A stretch of DNA of 64,000 bases, taken from contig JBKGZA010000001.1 of the NCBI GenBank assembly GCA_046545815.1, forward strand, positions 1,431-65,430. The letters are read 5' to 3'. The notes under the pieces were generated by a model. The model saw nothing but the letters and a program-made list of their open reading frames with translations. It searched no databases and was not told where the DNA came from. Below, in pieces: positions 1 through 9,265 of the stretch (within the stretch, counting starts at the first letter, position 1; every line of letters begins with the position of its first letter). Made by a program: the position numbers and the translations under genes. Source of the stretch: Bacteroidales bacterium. Lineage in GTDB: Bacteria; Bacteroidota; Bacteroidia; Bacteroidales; UBA12077.

Positions 1-513
1 CTTATTTCAGGGGGCAGTTCGATCACTTTACCCTTGATAAAAAAGCAGCTTGTACCTGACTCCATCAATCATTTCAGAATTGGAGAAGCGGCATTTTTCG
101 GTACCAGCCCACTGGATGATAAACGTTTCAATGCGCTCAGCACGGACACCTTCAGCTTTAATGCAAATATAATTGAAATGGAGGAAAAAAGGAATATCCC
201 TGACGGCATCATAGGAGAAGGAAATATAGGACATGTGGTACAGCCGGAAAATGAAGTAGATTCAGGCAAACATTACAGGGCAATTCTTGATTTCGGCTTG
301 CTGGATGTGGATGTAAACGACCTTAAAGCCAAAGATCAAAATATCAATTTTCTGGGAACGACTTCAGATATGACGGTTTATGATCTTGGGAAAAATCTCA
401 ATTCAAAGCTGAAACAAAAGTACCAGGTGGGAAATAAGATCTTTTTTAAGCCAAATTATATGGCTGTGGCACGTTGTATGAATTCAAAATTTGTAGACCT
501 GCAAATAAAATAA
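1..513 (+). CDS. Alanine/ornithine racemase-family PLP enzyme (COG3457/YhfX-like), C-terminal part; 5' end lies outside the window
   Basis: Frame 1 is open from base 1 (LISGGSSITLPL precedes the listed Met at 34). GGSS..LP, RIGEA and TSDMTVYD-type motifs recall predicted amino-acid racemases. Family assigned from memory. Confidence 0.45.
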   Translation, partial: LISGGSSITLPLIKKQLVPDSINHFRIGEAAFFGTSPLDDKRFNALSTDTFSFNANIIEMEEKRNIPDGIIGEGNIGHVVQPENEVDSGKHYRAILDFGLLDVDVNDLKAKDQNINFLGTTSDMTVYDLGKNLNSKLKQKYQVGNKIFFKPNYMAVARCMNSKFVDLQIK

Positions 514-585
514 AAAGTGCATTTGGCGTCTTTTTTAAAGCATTTATAAGTTTCCAATAAAAAAACCAATTTTTTAAATGTTTTA

Positions 586-616
586 TTTGCAAAAAAAATA
601 AAAAGATTTAGCTTTG
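586..616 (+). promoter_or_regulatory. Bacteroidota-type promoter for tRNA-Glu (and possibly rpsT)
   Basis: TTTG at 586-589 and TAGCTTTG (TAnnTTTG) at 609-616, 19 nt apart, about 33 nt upstream of the tRNA 5' end. Confidence 0.45.
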
Positions 617-648
617 CATCATCAAATCAACAAGGTCATTGAGACTAC

Positions 649-720
649 GGTCCGTTCGTCTAGGGGTTAGGACGCCAGGTTTTCATCCTGGTAACAGGGG
701 TTCGATTCCCCTACGGACTG
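649..720 (+). tRNA. tRNA-Glu (anticodon TTC)
   Basis: Hand-folded cloverleaf: acceptor GGTCCGT/ACGGACT, anticodon stem CCAGG/CCTGG with loop TTTTCAT, T-arm AGGGG-TTCGATT-CCCCT. 72 nt. Confidence 0.9.
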
Positions 721-753
721 CTAATTTTTTGTTCACTTAAAAATAAGGACAAC

Positions 754-1008
754 ATGCCTAATCACAAATCTGCAGAAAAAAGGATAAGACAAAATTACAG
801 AAGAAAGCTGCATAACAGGTATTATGCAAAGTCAGCGCGTACTGCAGTTAAAAAATTAAGAAACACTACAGATAAAGAGCAGGCTCAGGAGCAACTTCCA
901 AGGGTATTTTCCATGCTTGATAAACTGGCAAAGAATAAAATCATTCATAGAAACAAAGCTGCCAATTTAAAATCGAAGCTGACCAAACATGTAAATTCTT
1001 TAGGTTAG
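754..1008 (+). CDS. rpsT: 30S ribosomal protein S20
   Basis: 84 aa, basic. The N-terminus MPNHKSAEKRIRQ is typical of S20. Confidence 0.93.
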   Translation: MPNHKSAEKRIRQNYRRKLHNRYYAKSARTAVKKLRNTTDKEQAQEQLPRVFSMLDKLAKNKIIHRNKAANLKSKLTKHVNSLG

Positions 1009-1010
1009 TC

Positions 1011-1059
1011 CCTTACCGGTCAAATTCTTGCTTTTTTTGGCAAAACTTGCCCGCTAAGG
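1011..1059 (-). repeat. 49-nt palindromic-ended intergenic repeat, copy A (interior inverted relative to copies B and C)
   Basis: ccttaccggtcaaattcttgctttttttggcaaaacttgcccgctaagg. Its reverse complement matches copy C at 47/49 and copy B at 45/49 positions (hand alignment). Confidence 0.85.
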
Positions 1060-1096
1060 TACTGTGGCAACTTAATAAACAGGAACCCCATACAAT

Positions 1097-1127
1097 AAAA
1101 ACCATCTTCTTGAGATGGTTTTTTTTT
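1097..1127 (+). terminator. Rho-independent terminator between convergent rpsT and rodA
   Basis: Stem accatct/agatggt (1101-1107 / 1113-1119), 5-nt loop, 9-T run. An A-run on the 5' side makes it plausibly bidirectional. Confidence 0.75.
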
Positions 1128-1164
1128 GCAAAAAATCTCCGGGAAAACCGGCTTAATAAGGATG

Positions 1165-2592
1165 TTACAACAGTTCCCTCAGTCTGCTGACATCCAGGCG
1201 TAGAAATATAAACAACATAATAGTGTATGCCCACAATGAGGAACCACCATAACTAATAAAGGGGAGAGGGATACCAATTACCGGTACCAGGCCAATGGTC
1301 ATTCCAATATTTATAAGGAAGTGGAAAAAAATAACGGATATTACCCCATATCCATAGATCAGGCTAAACAACGATTTTTGTCTTTCGGCAAGAAAAATCA
1401 AACGCAACAACAATAATAGAAACAGCATGATCACCACCGAAGAGCCAACAAAGCCCCATTCTTCGCCAACTGTACAAAAAATAAAATCTGTACTCTGTTC
1501 TGGCACAAAATCAAATTTGGTTTGGGTGCCGTTCAGAAAACCTTTTCCTTTCAATCCACCGGAGCCAATGGCTATTTTCGACTGATTCACATTATATCCA
1601 GCACCCTGGAGATCGGATTCAAGACCCAGAAGTTGATTGATACGTTGTTGCTGATGGGGTTTCAAAAAATTGTTAAAGACATGGTCAACCGAATAAGTTA
1701 CACCGATTGAACCGAATACAAACAACAAGATCAAATACATACGATGTATCTTATACCAATAGGATATAATTGCATAAAAAAGACTGGCTATCATCAGGGC
1801 TCCCAAAACAATAAAATAGACAGGTATATTAATCTGAAAATAATAATCGACTCCATAAAAAATTCCACCGGAAATACCCAGAAGAAGGGCAGAAATCAAG
1901 AAATATCTGAATTTTCTGGTCAGTATCCATAACAAAATCAGGGCCAACCCAACAGATCCAAGAATTAGAATTAATTTTTCAAAAATCAGTGCCAGAATAA
2001 ATAAAGCCATGACATAAATTCCAAAAAGCAGCACACCCAATGATAAACCCTTCCTGTAAAGCACCAGTATAAAGGCAACAAAGACAAAAGCCGATCCGGT
2101 ATCTCCCTGTAAAAGAATAAAGGCAGCAGGGGTAAGTACAATTAAAGCCACATTCAGATAACTCTTAAAACGGTTTAATTCCAAATTATATGAGCTTAAA
2201 TATCTGGCGAGGGCAAGAGAAGTGGTAACTTTGGCAAATTCTGCCGGTTGAAATCTTACACTTCCAATTTCAAACCACGACTTGGAACCGTGAATCTCCT
2301 CACCTATCAGAGCTACGGCAATAAGCAGCAAAAGAATGATAAAATGAAGAAAATAAGGAAAAAAGGAAAAAAAATTACTATCAATAGCCAGCATCAGAAA
2401 AGCAATAAAAAAAGCCGCAGCAATCCAGATCAGCTGTTTGCCATATCTTTGGGAAAAATCAAATATTTCCTGATTTTCCCCGGTATATACGGAAGAATAG
2501 ATATTCAGCCATCCAACAATTACAAGGAACAGATATAAAACAATGGTCACCCAGTCTATATTGCTCCAGATATTAATCCTTCTCTTCATCAT
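1165..2592 (-). CDS. rodA: SEDS-family peptidoglycan polymerase RodA
   Basis: 475-aa polytopic membrane protein of the FtsW/RodA type. It overlaps the upstream PBP2 gene by 20 nt at the end of the mreBCD cluster. Confidence 0.88.
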   Translation of the reverse strand: MMKRRINIWSNIDWVTIVLYLFLVIVGWLNIYSSVYTGENQEIFDFSQRYGKQLIWIAAAFFIAFLMLAIDSNFFSFFPYFLHFIILLLLIAVALIGEEIHGSKSWFEIGSVRFQPAEFAKVTTSLALARYLSSYNLELNRFKSYLNVALIVLTPAAFILLQGDTGSAFVFVAFILVLYRKGLSLGVLLFGIYVMALFILALIFEKLILILGSVGLALILLWILTRKFRYFLISALLLGISGGIFYGVDYYFQINIPVYFIVLGALMIASLFYAIISYWYKIHRMYLILLFVFGSIGVTYSVDHVFNNFLKPHQQQRINQLLGLESDLQGAGYNVNQSKIAIGSGGLKGKGFLNGTQTKFDFVPEQSTDFIFCTVGEEWGFVGSSVVIMLFLLLLLRLIFLAERQKSLFSLIYGYGVISVIFFHFLINIGMTIGLVPVIGIPLPFISYGGSSLWAYTIMLFIFLRLDVSRLRELL

Positions 2593-4423
2593 CTTCTTTG
2601 GGATTAAGCAAATTTGCGTTTAAAACATAATCCTCCCACCATTTGACTGAAATTTCGCGATTTAAATATTTTTCAATCATTAGCTTGGCAGTTGGTGCTG
2701 CCCAGGTAGCTCCGAACCCGCCGTTTTCAATATAAACTGCCAGTGCAATCTGAGGGTCCTCCCTGGGAGCAAAAGCTATAAAAATAGAGTGATCCTTACC
2801 GTGGGGATTTTCAGCAGTACCTGTTTTCCCGCATACCGTTATATCCTCAATAGCTGCTGTGCGGGCCGTGCTACCGGTTCCGGGTTCTCCGTTAACAGCA
2901 AGATCCATTCCTGCAATTACCGGTTCAAAATTGGAAGAGTCAATCATGGATTGACGTTTCTCTTTAAACCGGGAGTCTATAGACTGGTCGCCTTCAACAT
3001 TCTTAACAACATGAGGGGGGTAATAGTATCCCCTGTTGGCGAGGATGCTGGTCATATTGGCCATCTGAATGGGTGTTATTCCCAGTTCGCCCTGTCCGAT
3101 AGCCATAGAAATAACATTCAGATATTTCCACCTGTTTTCCCCGTAAAACTTATTATAATATTGCACTGAAGGCAGAAAGCCTGGAGCTTCATCCGGCAGA
3201 TCCAGATTCAGTCTGCTTCCGAAACCCATTGAATCCAGATATTGTTTCCAGTTGTTAAAGGCGTCAGAAACAGTGCTGAATTGCGAATCCTGTATTATTC
3301 TTTTGAACACATTGGCATAATAAGTATTACAGGAAACTTTGATCGAACCAACCAAATCCTGTGGAGAGGGATGATTGTGGCAGCCCATGAAAAAATTTCC
3401 GGACCGATAACCTCCATGACATTCGTAGGTAGTGTTGTTATTAATTACAGCTTCTTCTTTGCCAATTAAAGCATTCACAACCTTAAAGGTAGAACCGGGA
3501 GGATACCTTGCCATTAAAGCTCTGTTAAACAATGGATCTAAGGTGTCTGCATTAAGTTGTTCAAAATTTTTGCTCCTCTGACGTCCGACCAGCTTACTGG
3601 GATCATATCCAGGAGTGGAAACCAGGGACAAAATTTCTCCTGTGGCCGGCTCAATGGCCACAATGCTCCCAATCTTGTTATGCATCAATTTTTCCCCGTA
3701 ACGCTGAAGTTCCATGTCAATAGTAGTAGTGAGATCATTCCCTGCCTGGGCTTCTTGATCGAATCTGCCGTCTCTATAAGAGCCTTTAATCCGGTTATGA
3801 ACATCTACCTGATAAACTTTCATTCCCTTCTGCCCCCGCAAAACTTCTTCATAAGATTCCTCAATACCACTAATTCCAACATAATCACCGGATTTATAAT
3901 ATTCGTTGGTATCCACCAGTTTATCACTCACTTCTCCAATGTAGCCAAGAAGATGCGCTGCTTCTTCGTATCTGTAGCGTCTGACAGTTCGGGGCTGGAC
4001 AAAGAAACCCGGAAACCGGTAGAGTTTCTCCTGAAATTTGGCATAGGTCTCGGAGGAAACCAGCTTAAGGACTACCGAAGGTTTGTATAATGAATATTCT
4101 TTAGCCTCACGAAGCTTTTTTTCAAGATAGTTTTTTTCAATATCCAGCAAATTACAGAATTCCGTAGTATCAAAAGTTCCCAAATGCTGAGGGGTTACCA
4201 TAATGTCATATGCCGCCTGATTGTGTACAAGCAACTCGCCGTTACGGTCATAAATCAAACCTCTTGCCGGATATTGTGTAATTCGGCGTACTACATTATT
4301 GGTGGCCGATAACTGGTAGGTCTCATCAACAGCCTGAAGAGAAAATAATCTAACCAAAAATATAACGGCAGTGGCAACCACAATTATCCCTATCACATTC
4401 CGCCTTAAAACATATGTATCCAA
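2573..4423 (-). CDS. mrdA: Penicillin-binding protein 2 (elongasome transpeptidase)
   Basis: 616 aa with an N-terminal TM anchor, an SxxK motif (GSTFKV) and a KTGTA motif. The longest ORF begins with TTG at 4423. Confidence 0.9.
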   Translation of the reverse strand: MDTYVLRRNVIGIIVVATAVIFLVRLFSLQAVDETYQLSATNNVVRRITQYPARGLIYDRNGELLVHNQAAYDIMVTPQHLGTFDTTEFCNLLDIEKNYLEKKLREAKEYSLYKPSVVLKLVSSETYAKFQEKLYRFPGFFVQPRTVRRYRYEEAAHLLGYIGEVSDKLVDTNEYYKSGDYVGISGIEESYEEVLRGQKGMKVYQVDVHNRIKGSYRDGRFDQEAQAGNDLTTTIDMELQRYGEKLMHNKIGSIVAIEPATGEILSLVSTPGYDPSKLVGRQRSKNFEQLNADTLDPLFNRALMARYPPGSTFKVVNALIGKEEAVINNNTTYECHGGYRSGNFFMGCHNHPSPQDLVGSIKVSCNTYYANVFKRIIQDSQFSTVSDAFNNWKQYLDSMGFGSRLNLDLPDEAPGFLPSVQYYNKFYGENRWKYLNVISMAIGQGELGITPIQMANMTSILANRGYYYPPHVVKNVEGDQSIDSRFKEKRQSMIDSSNFEPVIAGMDLAVNGEPGTGSTARTAAIEDITVCGKTGTAENPHGKDHSIFIAFAPREDPQIALAVYIENGGFGATWAAPTAKLMIEKYLNREISVKWWEDYVLNANLLNPKEDDEEKD

Positions 4424-4435
4424 CGTTCACCCAAC

Positions 4436-4939
4436 CTATTTTTTGATAAACAATTTGATAAACAATATAAAAACCAGTGAAAAAGCTGCACTTAACAAAG
4501 CCCTGCCCAGCGTATAAAAAAATTCACTAAATTTAAATATCTCAATATAGAATAAAAACAAATGATGAGCTAAAATTAGTATGCTGCTGTATTTAAAATA
4601 CCAACCCAATCCATAATCTTTTACAGAGGGGTATGTTTCAGGCTCATATCCATCTCTTGGCTCAAGGGTTCGCAAAACCATCGGCCGCAGAAAAGCCATA
4701 AAGACGCAGGCGGATGTATGCATACCAACGGTATGGCTGAATAAGTCGATGGTAAGTCCTAAAAGAAAACCAAGAACAAGCAGACCCCATTTGGGTGTTT
4801 CAAAGGGCAGACTCAGAATAAATAATATATATATATATGGATTTAAAAATCCTCCCAGTTGAATGTTATTCATCAACAGGACCTGAACCAGCACTAAAAT
4901 TACAAATGTCAGTATATATCGGGGAAGATATTTAATCAT
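4436..4939 (-). CDS. mreD: Rod shape-determining protein MreD
   Basis: 167-aa multi-TM protein immediately after mreC (4-nt overlap). The position and hydrophobic profile fit MreD. Confidence 0.75.
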   Translation of the reverse strand: MIKYLPRYILTFVILVLVQVLLMNNIQLGGFLNPYIYILFILSLPFETPKWGLLVLGFLLGLTIDLFSHTVGMHTSACVFMAFLRPMVLRTLEPRDGYEPETYPSVKDYGLGWYFKYSSILILAHHLFLFYIEIFKFSEFFYTLGRALLSAAFSLVFILFIKLFIKK

Positions 4940-5763
4940 TGAATTGTAAATTCATTTTCCAGTTCTTCTTGTTCTTCCTTCAACAAGTTTCTTACGATAT
5001 AAACATTATTTAGTTTTTTAAAATCGCTTGATAATTCTACGGTCAACTCCAAAAAGCGTCCCCCTTTTTCCTGATAATCCTCTACAAAACCCACCAATAT
5101 GCCTTCAGGAAAGATGGCCGAATAACCACTGGTGACAACCGTATCTCCGGGATTTACCTGCACATGTAAGGGGATGTCCTGTAGAATGCCGTATCGGTAA
5201 TCACGGCCGGTCCAGTTAAAAGAACCATAGTACCCGCTATTCTTTAATTTGGCGCTAATGCTAAGTTCACTGTTCAACAAAGAAATAACCGATGAAAAAT
5301 TTTCTGAAACTCCCCTAACTACGCCAACAACTCCATTACTTGATATCACACCCATTTCAGGTTTAATACCTGCTGCACGCCCTTTATCCAGCGTAAGATA
5401 GTTGTATTGCTTATTGATGGAATTATTGAGAACAGTAGCCCTGATATAATAATATTGTTGATCATATGCGGTATCCACTTTCTTTTTAAAAGTATCCGAT
5501 GCTTCGTTCAGGTTCCTCGCAATGAAATTTCTTAGCTGATGATTTTCTTCCTTAAGATTTTTGTTATCTTGTTTCAGACTAAGATATTGTTCAATCCTCA
5601 CAGTTTGATCATAGAATCTTCCTTTTATATTCCTGGTAAAACGGACAAAACTTGTATTCTGGTAATTGTTATTCTGGATTAACAAGGTAATGCCGAAAGC
5701 CTCAAAAAGAATAAAAAGCAATGTAAAATGGTATCTCTGTAGAAATCTCAAAAGGGTCTGCAT
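4936..5763 (-). CDS. mreC: Rod shape-determining protein MreC
   Basis: 275 aa with an N-terminal TM helix, a coiled-coil segment and a beta-rich C-terminal region. Lies between mreB and mreD. Confidence 0.85.
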   Translation of the reverse strand: MQTLLRFLQRYHFTLLFILFEAFGITLLIQNNNYQNTSFVRFTRNIKGRFYDQTVRIEQYLSLKQDNKNLKEENHQLRNFIARNLNEASDTFKKKVDTAYDQQYYYIRATVLNNSINKQYNYLTLDKGRAAGIKPEMGVISSNGVVGVVRGVSENFSSVISLLNSELSISAKLKNSGYYGSFNWTGRDYRYGILQDIPLHVQVNPGDTVVTSGYSAIFPEGILVGFVEDYQEKGGRFLELTVELSSDFKKLNNVYIVRNLLKEEQEELENEFTIQ

Positions 5764-5790
5764 AACTCATACCTCGTCAAAATCAGCAAA

Positions 5791-6813
5791 CTATCGCATC
5801 AGGAATGTGAAGTTTTCAGCATTTTTCAGGGCTATACCCGTACCTCTTGCCACAGCATGAAGCGGGTCGTCAGCAACATGAAACTTGATGCCAATTTTAT
5901 CAGTCAGCCGCTTATCCAGCCCTCTCATGAGGGCTCCGCCTCCGGTTAGAAATATACCCTCATTAACAATATCTCCGTAAAGTTCAGGAGGCGTCTGCTC
6001 CAATACGCTCAGAACGGCCGTTTCAATCTTGTTAACGGATTTGTCCAAACAGTGGGCAATTTCCTGGTAAGATATGGGAATTTCCACCGGCATAGCTGTC
6101 ATGAGATTCGGACCTCTTACCATATAATCCTCAGGAGGATTTTCCAGATCTGTTAAGGCCGAGCCGACATTGATTTTAATTTCTTCTGCCGTTCTTTCTC
6201 CAATTTTAATGTTATGCTGATGCCTCATATACGACTGAATATCTGCAGTAAAACTGTCTCCGGCAATTCTGATGGATTTATTGCATACAATGCCACCCAG
6301 AGCAATTACTGCCACTTCAGTGGTACCTCCGCCGATATCAACCACCATGCTACCGGACGGTTCTTCAACATCTATACCCATTCCTATGGCTGCTGCCATG
6401 GGTTCATAAATCAAATAAACATCCCTTCCGCCGGCATGTTCAGAACTATCTCTGACCGCACGAATTTCCACTTCAGTGCTTCCGGAAGGGATACAGACAA
6501 CCATACGAAGAGTAGGCGCAAAAAACTGAGTCTTCCGGTTTACCATTTTAATCATGCCCCGAATCATCTGTTCTGCCGCATTAAAGTCGGCAATCACCCC
6601 GTCTTTAAGGGGGCGAACTGTCTTTATATTCATATGGGTTTTCCCATGCATCTGCCGTGCTTTTTCGCCAATGGCCACCAACTTACCGGTACTTTGTTCT
6701 ATGGCAACAATGGAGGGCTCATCAACAACAACTTTATCATTATAAATGATGATGGTATTGGCTGTTCCCAGATCAATCGCGTACTCCTGGGTGAATAAAG
6801 AAAATAGTCCCAT
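5791..6813 (-). CDS. mreB: Actin-like rod shape-determining protein MreB
   Basis: 340 aa. AIDLGTANT, VVDIGGGTTEVAVI and LTGGGALMRGLD are actin-fold ATPase motifs. Confidence 0.96.
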   Translation of the reverse strand: MGLFSLFTQEYAIDLGTANTIIIYNDKVVVDEPSIVAIEQSTGKLVAIGEKARQMHGKTHMNIKTVRPLKDGVIADFNAAEQMIRGMIKMVNRKTQFFAPTLRMVVCIPSGSTEVEIRAVRDSSEHAGGRDVYLIYEPMAAAIGMGIDVEEPSGSMVVDIGGGTTEVAVIALGGIVCNKSIRIAGDSFTADIQSYMRHQHNIKIGERTAEEIKINVGSALTDLENPPEDYMVRGPNLMTAMPVEIPISYQEIAHCLDKSVNKIETAVLSVLEQTPPELYGDIVNEGIFLTGGGALMRGLDKRLTDKIGIKFHVADDPLHAVARGTGIALKNAENFTFLMR

Positions 6814-6854
6814 TTTATTCGTTTGGTTTGTTATGGATTTTTAGTAGCTTTTTT

Positions 6855-8384
6855 TTAATGTCTAAAGTGCCTCACGTTGGTAAACACCATGGACATTCCG
6901 TGCTCGTTGCAAAAATCAATGGATTCCTGATCCCTTTTCGAACCTCCTGGTTGTATAACAGATTGTATTCCTTCCTGTTGAGCAATTTCCACAGAATCTT
7001 TAAAAGGGAAAAAAGCATCCGATGCCATCACAGCACCACTCAAATCGAAACCAAAGCCCTTTGCTTTTTCTATGGCGTGTTTCAGTGCATCGACCCGGGA
7101 TGTTTGTCCCATACCACTTCCATAGAGCTGGGAATTTTTAGCCAGCACAATGGCATTGGATTTCGTATGTTTTACAATTTTATTGGCAAACAGTAGATCG
7201 GCAATCTCTTTTTCTGTCGGTACCTTCTCAGTAACCGTCTTCAGGTCGGCCTGATATTCGGTACGTATGTCCTTATCCTGCATAATGACACCGTTAAGCA
7301 GCGATCGGTACTGTTGTTTAGGCAGAAAAGCGCTTTTCTGAACCAGAATAATCCGGTTCTTTTTCTGCTTCAATATTTCAAGGGCTCCCTCATCATAGGA
7401 AGGAGCTATAATTATCTCGAAAAACAGTTTGTTAATTTCTTCAGCCACATTTTTATCTACCGTGCAATTGCTAATCAGTATCCCGCCAAAGGCAGATACG
7501 GGATCTCCTGCCAATGCGGCATTCCATGCCTCTGTTAAATCCGTTCGTGAAGCCATACCGCAAGGGTTGTTGTGTTTAAGTATGGCAAATGACCTGGGTT
7601 CGAAATCTTCAATCAAATGTACAGCAGCATCAATATCAATCAGATTGTTATACGATATCTGCTTCCCGTGAAGCTGATCAAACAGTTTCTCGAACGCTCC
7701 GAAAAATACTCCCTGCTGATGGGGATTTTCCCCGTAACGCAACTCCGTAGGATTTATGAAACTTTGTTTAAAGGTATTTTTGCTGAATTCCTGCTGATTG
7801 AAATGATTAAAAATAACTGTATCATAATGGGAGGAAACATTAAAAGCTTCCACTGCATAATGCTTTCTTTGCTCTATATCTGTTTCTCCTTGATTTTCAC
7901 CTAATATATGGATCAAATCATCATAGTATGCTTTTGAAGGGATTACAAGTGTATCTTTATAATTCTTTGCAGCAGCTCTGATAAGTGAAATACCTCCTAT
8001 ATCAATCTTCTCAATAATTTCCTCATCACTTGGGTTTTCCTCAAGCGTTTGTTCAAAAGGATATAAATCAACCAACACCAGGTCAATTTCAGGAATCCCG
8101 TATTTCTTCATTTCTTGCTGATCCTGAGAGGCTTCCCGGCGGGCAAGAATACCACCGAAAATTTTTGGATGCAGGGTTTTCACCCTTCCTGAAAGAATGG
8201 AAGGATAATCAGTAACCTCTTCTACCGGTGTAGCTTTGAAGCCCAGGTTATCGATATACTTCTGTGTACCACCGGTAGAATATATCTTCACATCCAGATC
8301 ATCCAGCTTTTGAATGATCGGTTCAAGCTTGTCTTTATTAAAAACTGAAATTAATGCAGATTGAATTTTCTTTACTTGAGTCAT
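6855..8384 (-). CDS. purH: Bifunctional AICAR transformylase / IMP cyclohydrolase
   Basis: About 509 aa. ALISVFNK, GGTQKYI and the C-terminal MVFTNVRHFRH match PurH. The ATG at 8384 is preferred over the TTG at 8390. Confidence 0.95.
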   Translation of the reverse strand: MTQVKKIQSALISVFNKDKLEPIIQKLDDLDVKIYSTGGTQKYIDNLGFKATPVEEVTDYPSILSGRVKTLHPKIFGGILARREASQDQQEMKKYGIPEIDLVLVDLYPFEQTLEENPSDEEIIEKIDIGGISLIRAAAKNYKDTLVIPSKAYYDDLIHILGENQGETDIEQRKHYAVEAFNVSSHYDTVIFNHFNQQEFSKNTFKQSFINPTELRYGENPHQQGVFFGAFEKLFDQLHGKQISYNNLIDIDAAVHLIEDFEPRSFAILKHNNPCGMASRTDLTEAWNAALAGDPVSAFGGILISNCTVDKNVAEEINKLFFEIIIAPSYDEGALEILKQKKNRIILVQKSAFLPKQQYRSLLNGVIMQDKDIRTEYQADLKTVTEKVPTEKEIADLLFANKIVKHTKSNAIVLAKNSQLYGSGMGQTSRVDALKHAIEKAKGFGFDLSGAVMASDAFFPFKDSVEIAQQEGIQSVIQPGGSKRDQESIDFCNEHGMSMVFTNVRHFRH

Positions 8385-8406
8385 TTTCAAAATTTTGTTT
8401 GTGGCA

Positions 8407-8414
8407 CAAATTTA
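8407..8414 (-). promoter_or_regulatory. -7 box (TAAATTTG) of the purH/mre promoter
   Basis: The reverse complement of caaattta is TAAATTTG, matching TAnnTTTG, about 23 nt upstream of the purH ATG. Confidence 0.35.
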
Positions 8415-8710
8415 TCAAAATAAATCTAAAATCACTGCCTCAAAAATATGATTTAGCTCTATGATTACTAAAAAATTTGAGGTTTTTTATAATATATATA
8501 AATATTTATTTCTAATTTTGAAGAAGATTTGCAAACATCGGTTGGTATGAAATTTTTTCCGGGTTAAGGAAAATTGTCTGTTCCCCCTAATTTATTAGGC
8601 ATATTATATTGAAGTGAATAAAATCAGGGCCTTTCTAAGGAGTTACGGGACAACCAAAAGAATCAGGCACTAAAAAGTATTTCAGCATAAATGATTAAAG
8701 TAAAATAAAA

Positions 8711-9265
8711 ATGAAATCCCATATGAAAATGCACAATGTGATTATTTTCACAATGTTATTCTCCATACTGGCTTGCACCAGCAATCACTCAGATAACGGG
8801 GGGAAGAATGAAGCACCTCCTGAAGCCCTGACCGTTAAACAAGTTATGGAAACGCCGGGAGAATACATAGAAAGCCAGATAACAGTACAAGGTATGGTTA
8901 CTCATGTATGCAGGCATGGAGGCAAAAGACTTCACCTTTCAACACCCGAATCGGATTTTAAATTGCGGGTTCGAACCGGGGAAAATATATCGTCTTTTGA
9001 TCGTGACCTTGAAGGAAATACAATTCAGGTCAGCGGAAAACTCACAGAGGAAAGATTCGACCAGAGCTATCTAGAAAAGCTGAAAAAAGGAGAAACCACG
9101 GAAGAAAATCATGAATCTTCAGAACATGATAATGCTTCTGTTACAGAAAAAGGGGTTTCCAAGGCTTACATCAATGAACTGGAACAAAAAATTAAAAATT
9201 CTGAGAAGGGATACATATCTGAATACTGGCTCACTGGAGATAAAATGACCAAAAAGAAACAATGA
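8711..9265 (+). CDS. Hypothetical lipoprotein
   Basis: Signal peptide with lipobox (FSILAC). Acidic, His-containing stretch TTEENHESSEHDN. No family recognised. Confidence 0.6.
   Translation: MKSHMKMHNVIIFTMLFSILACTSNHSDNGGKNEAPPEALTVKQVMETPGEYIESQITVQGMVTHVCRHGGKRLHLSTPESDFKLRVRTGENISSFDRDLEGNTIQVSGKLTEERFDQSYLEKLKKGETTEENHESSEHDNASVTEKGVSKAYINELEQKIKNSEKGYISEYWLTGDKMTKKKQ

Noticed and set aside
8438-8488. Hairpin cctcaaa...tttgagg followed by a T6 run in the purH / lipoprotein intergenic region.
   Set aside because: It has only a 7-bp AT-rich stem and a 31-nt loop. There is no upstream plus-strand gene to terminate, and it lies upstream of the predicted purH -7 box. It was not convincing as a terminator or riboswitch.
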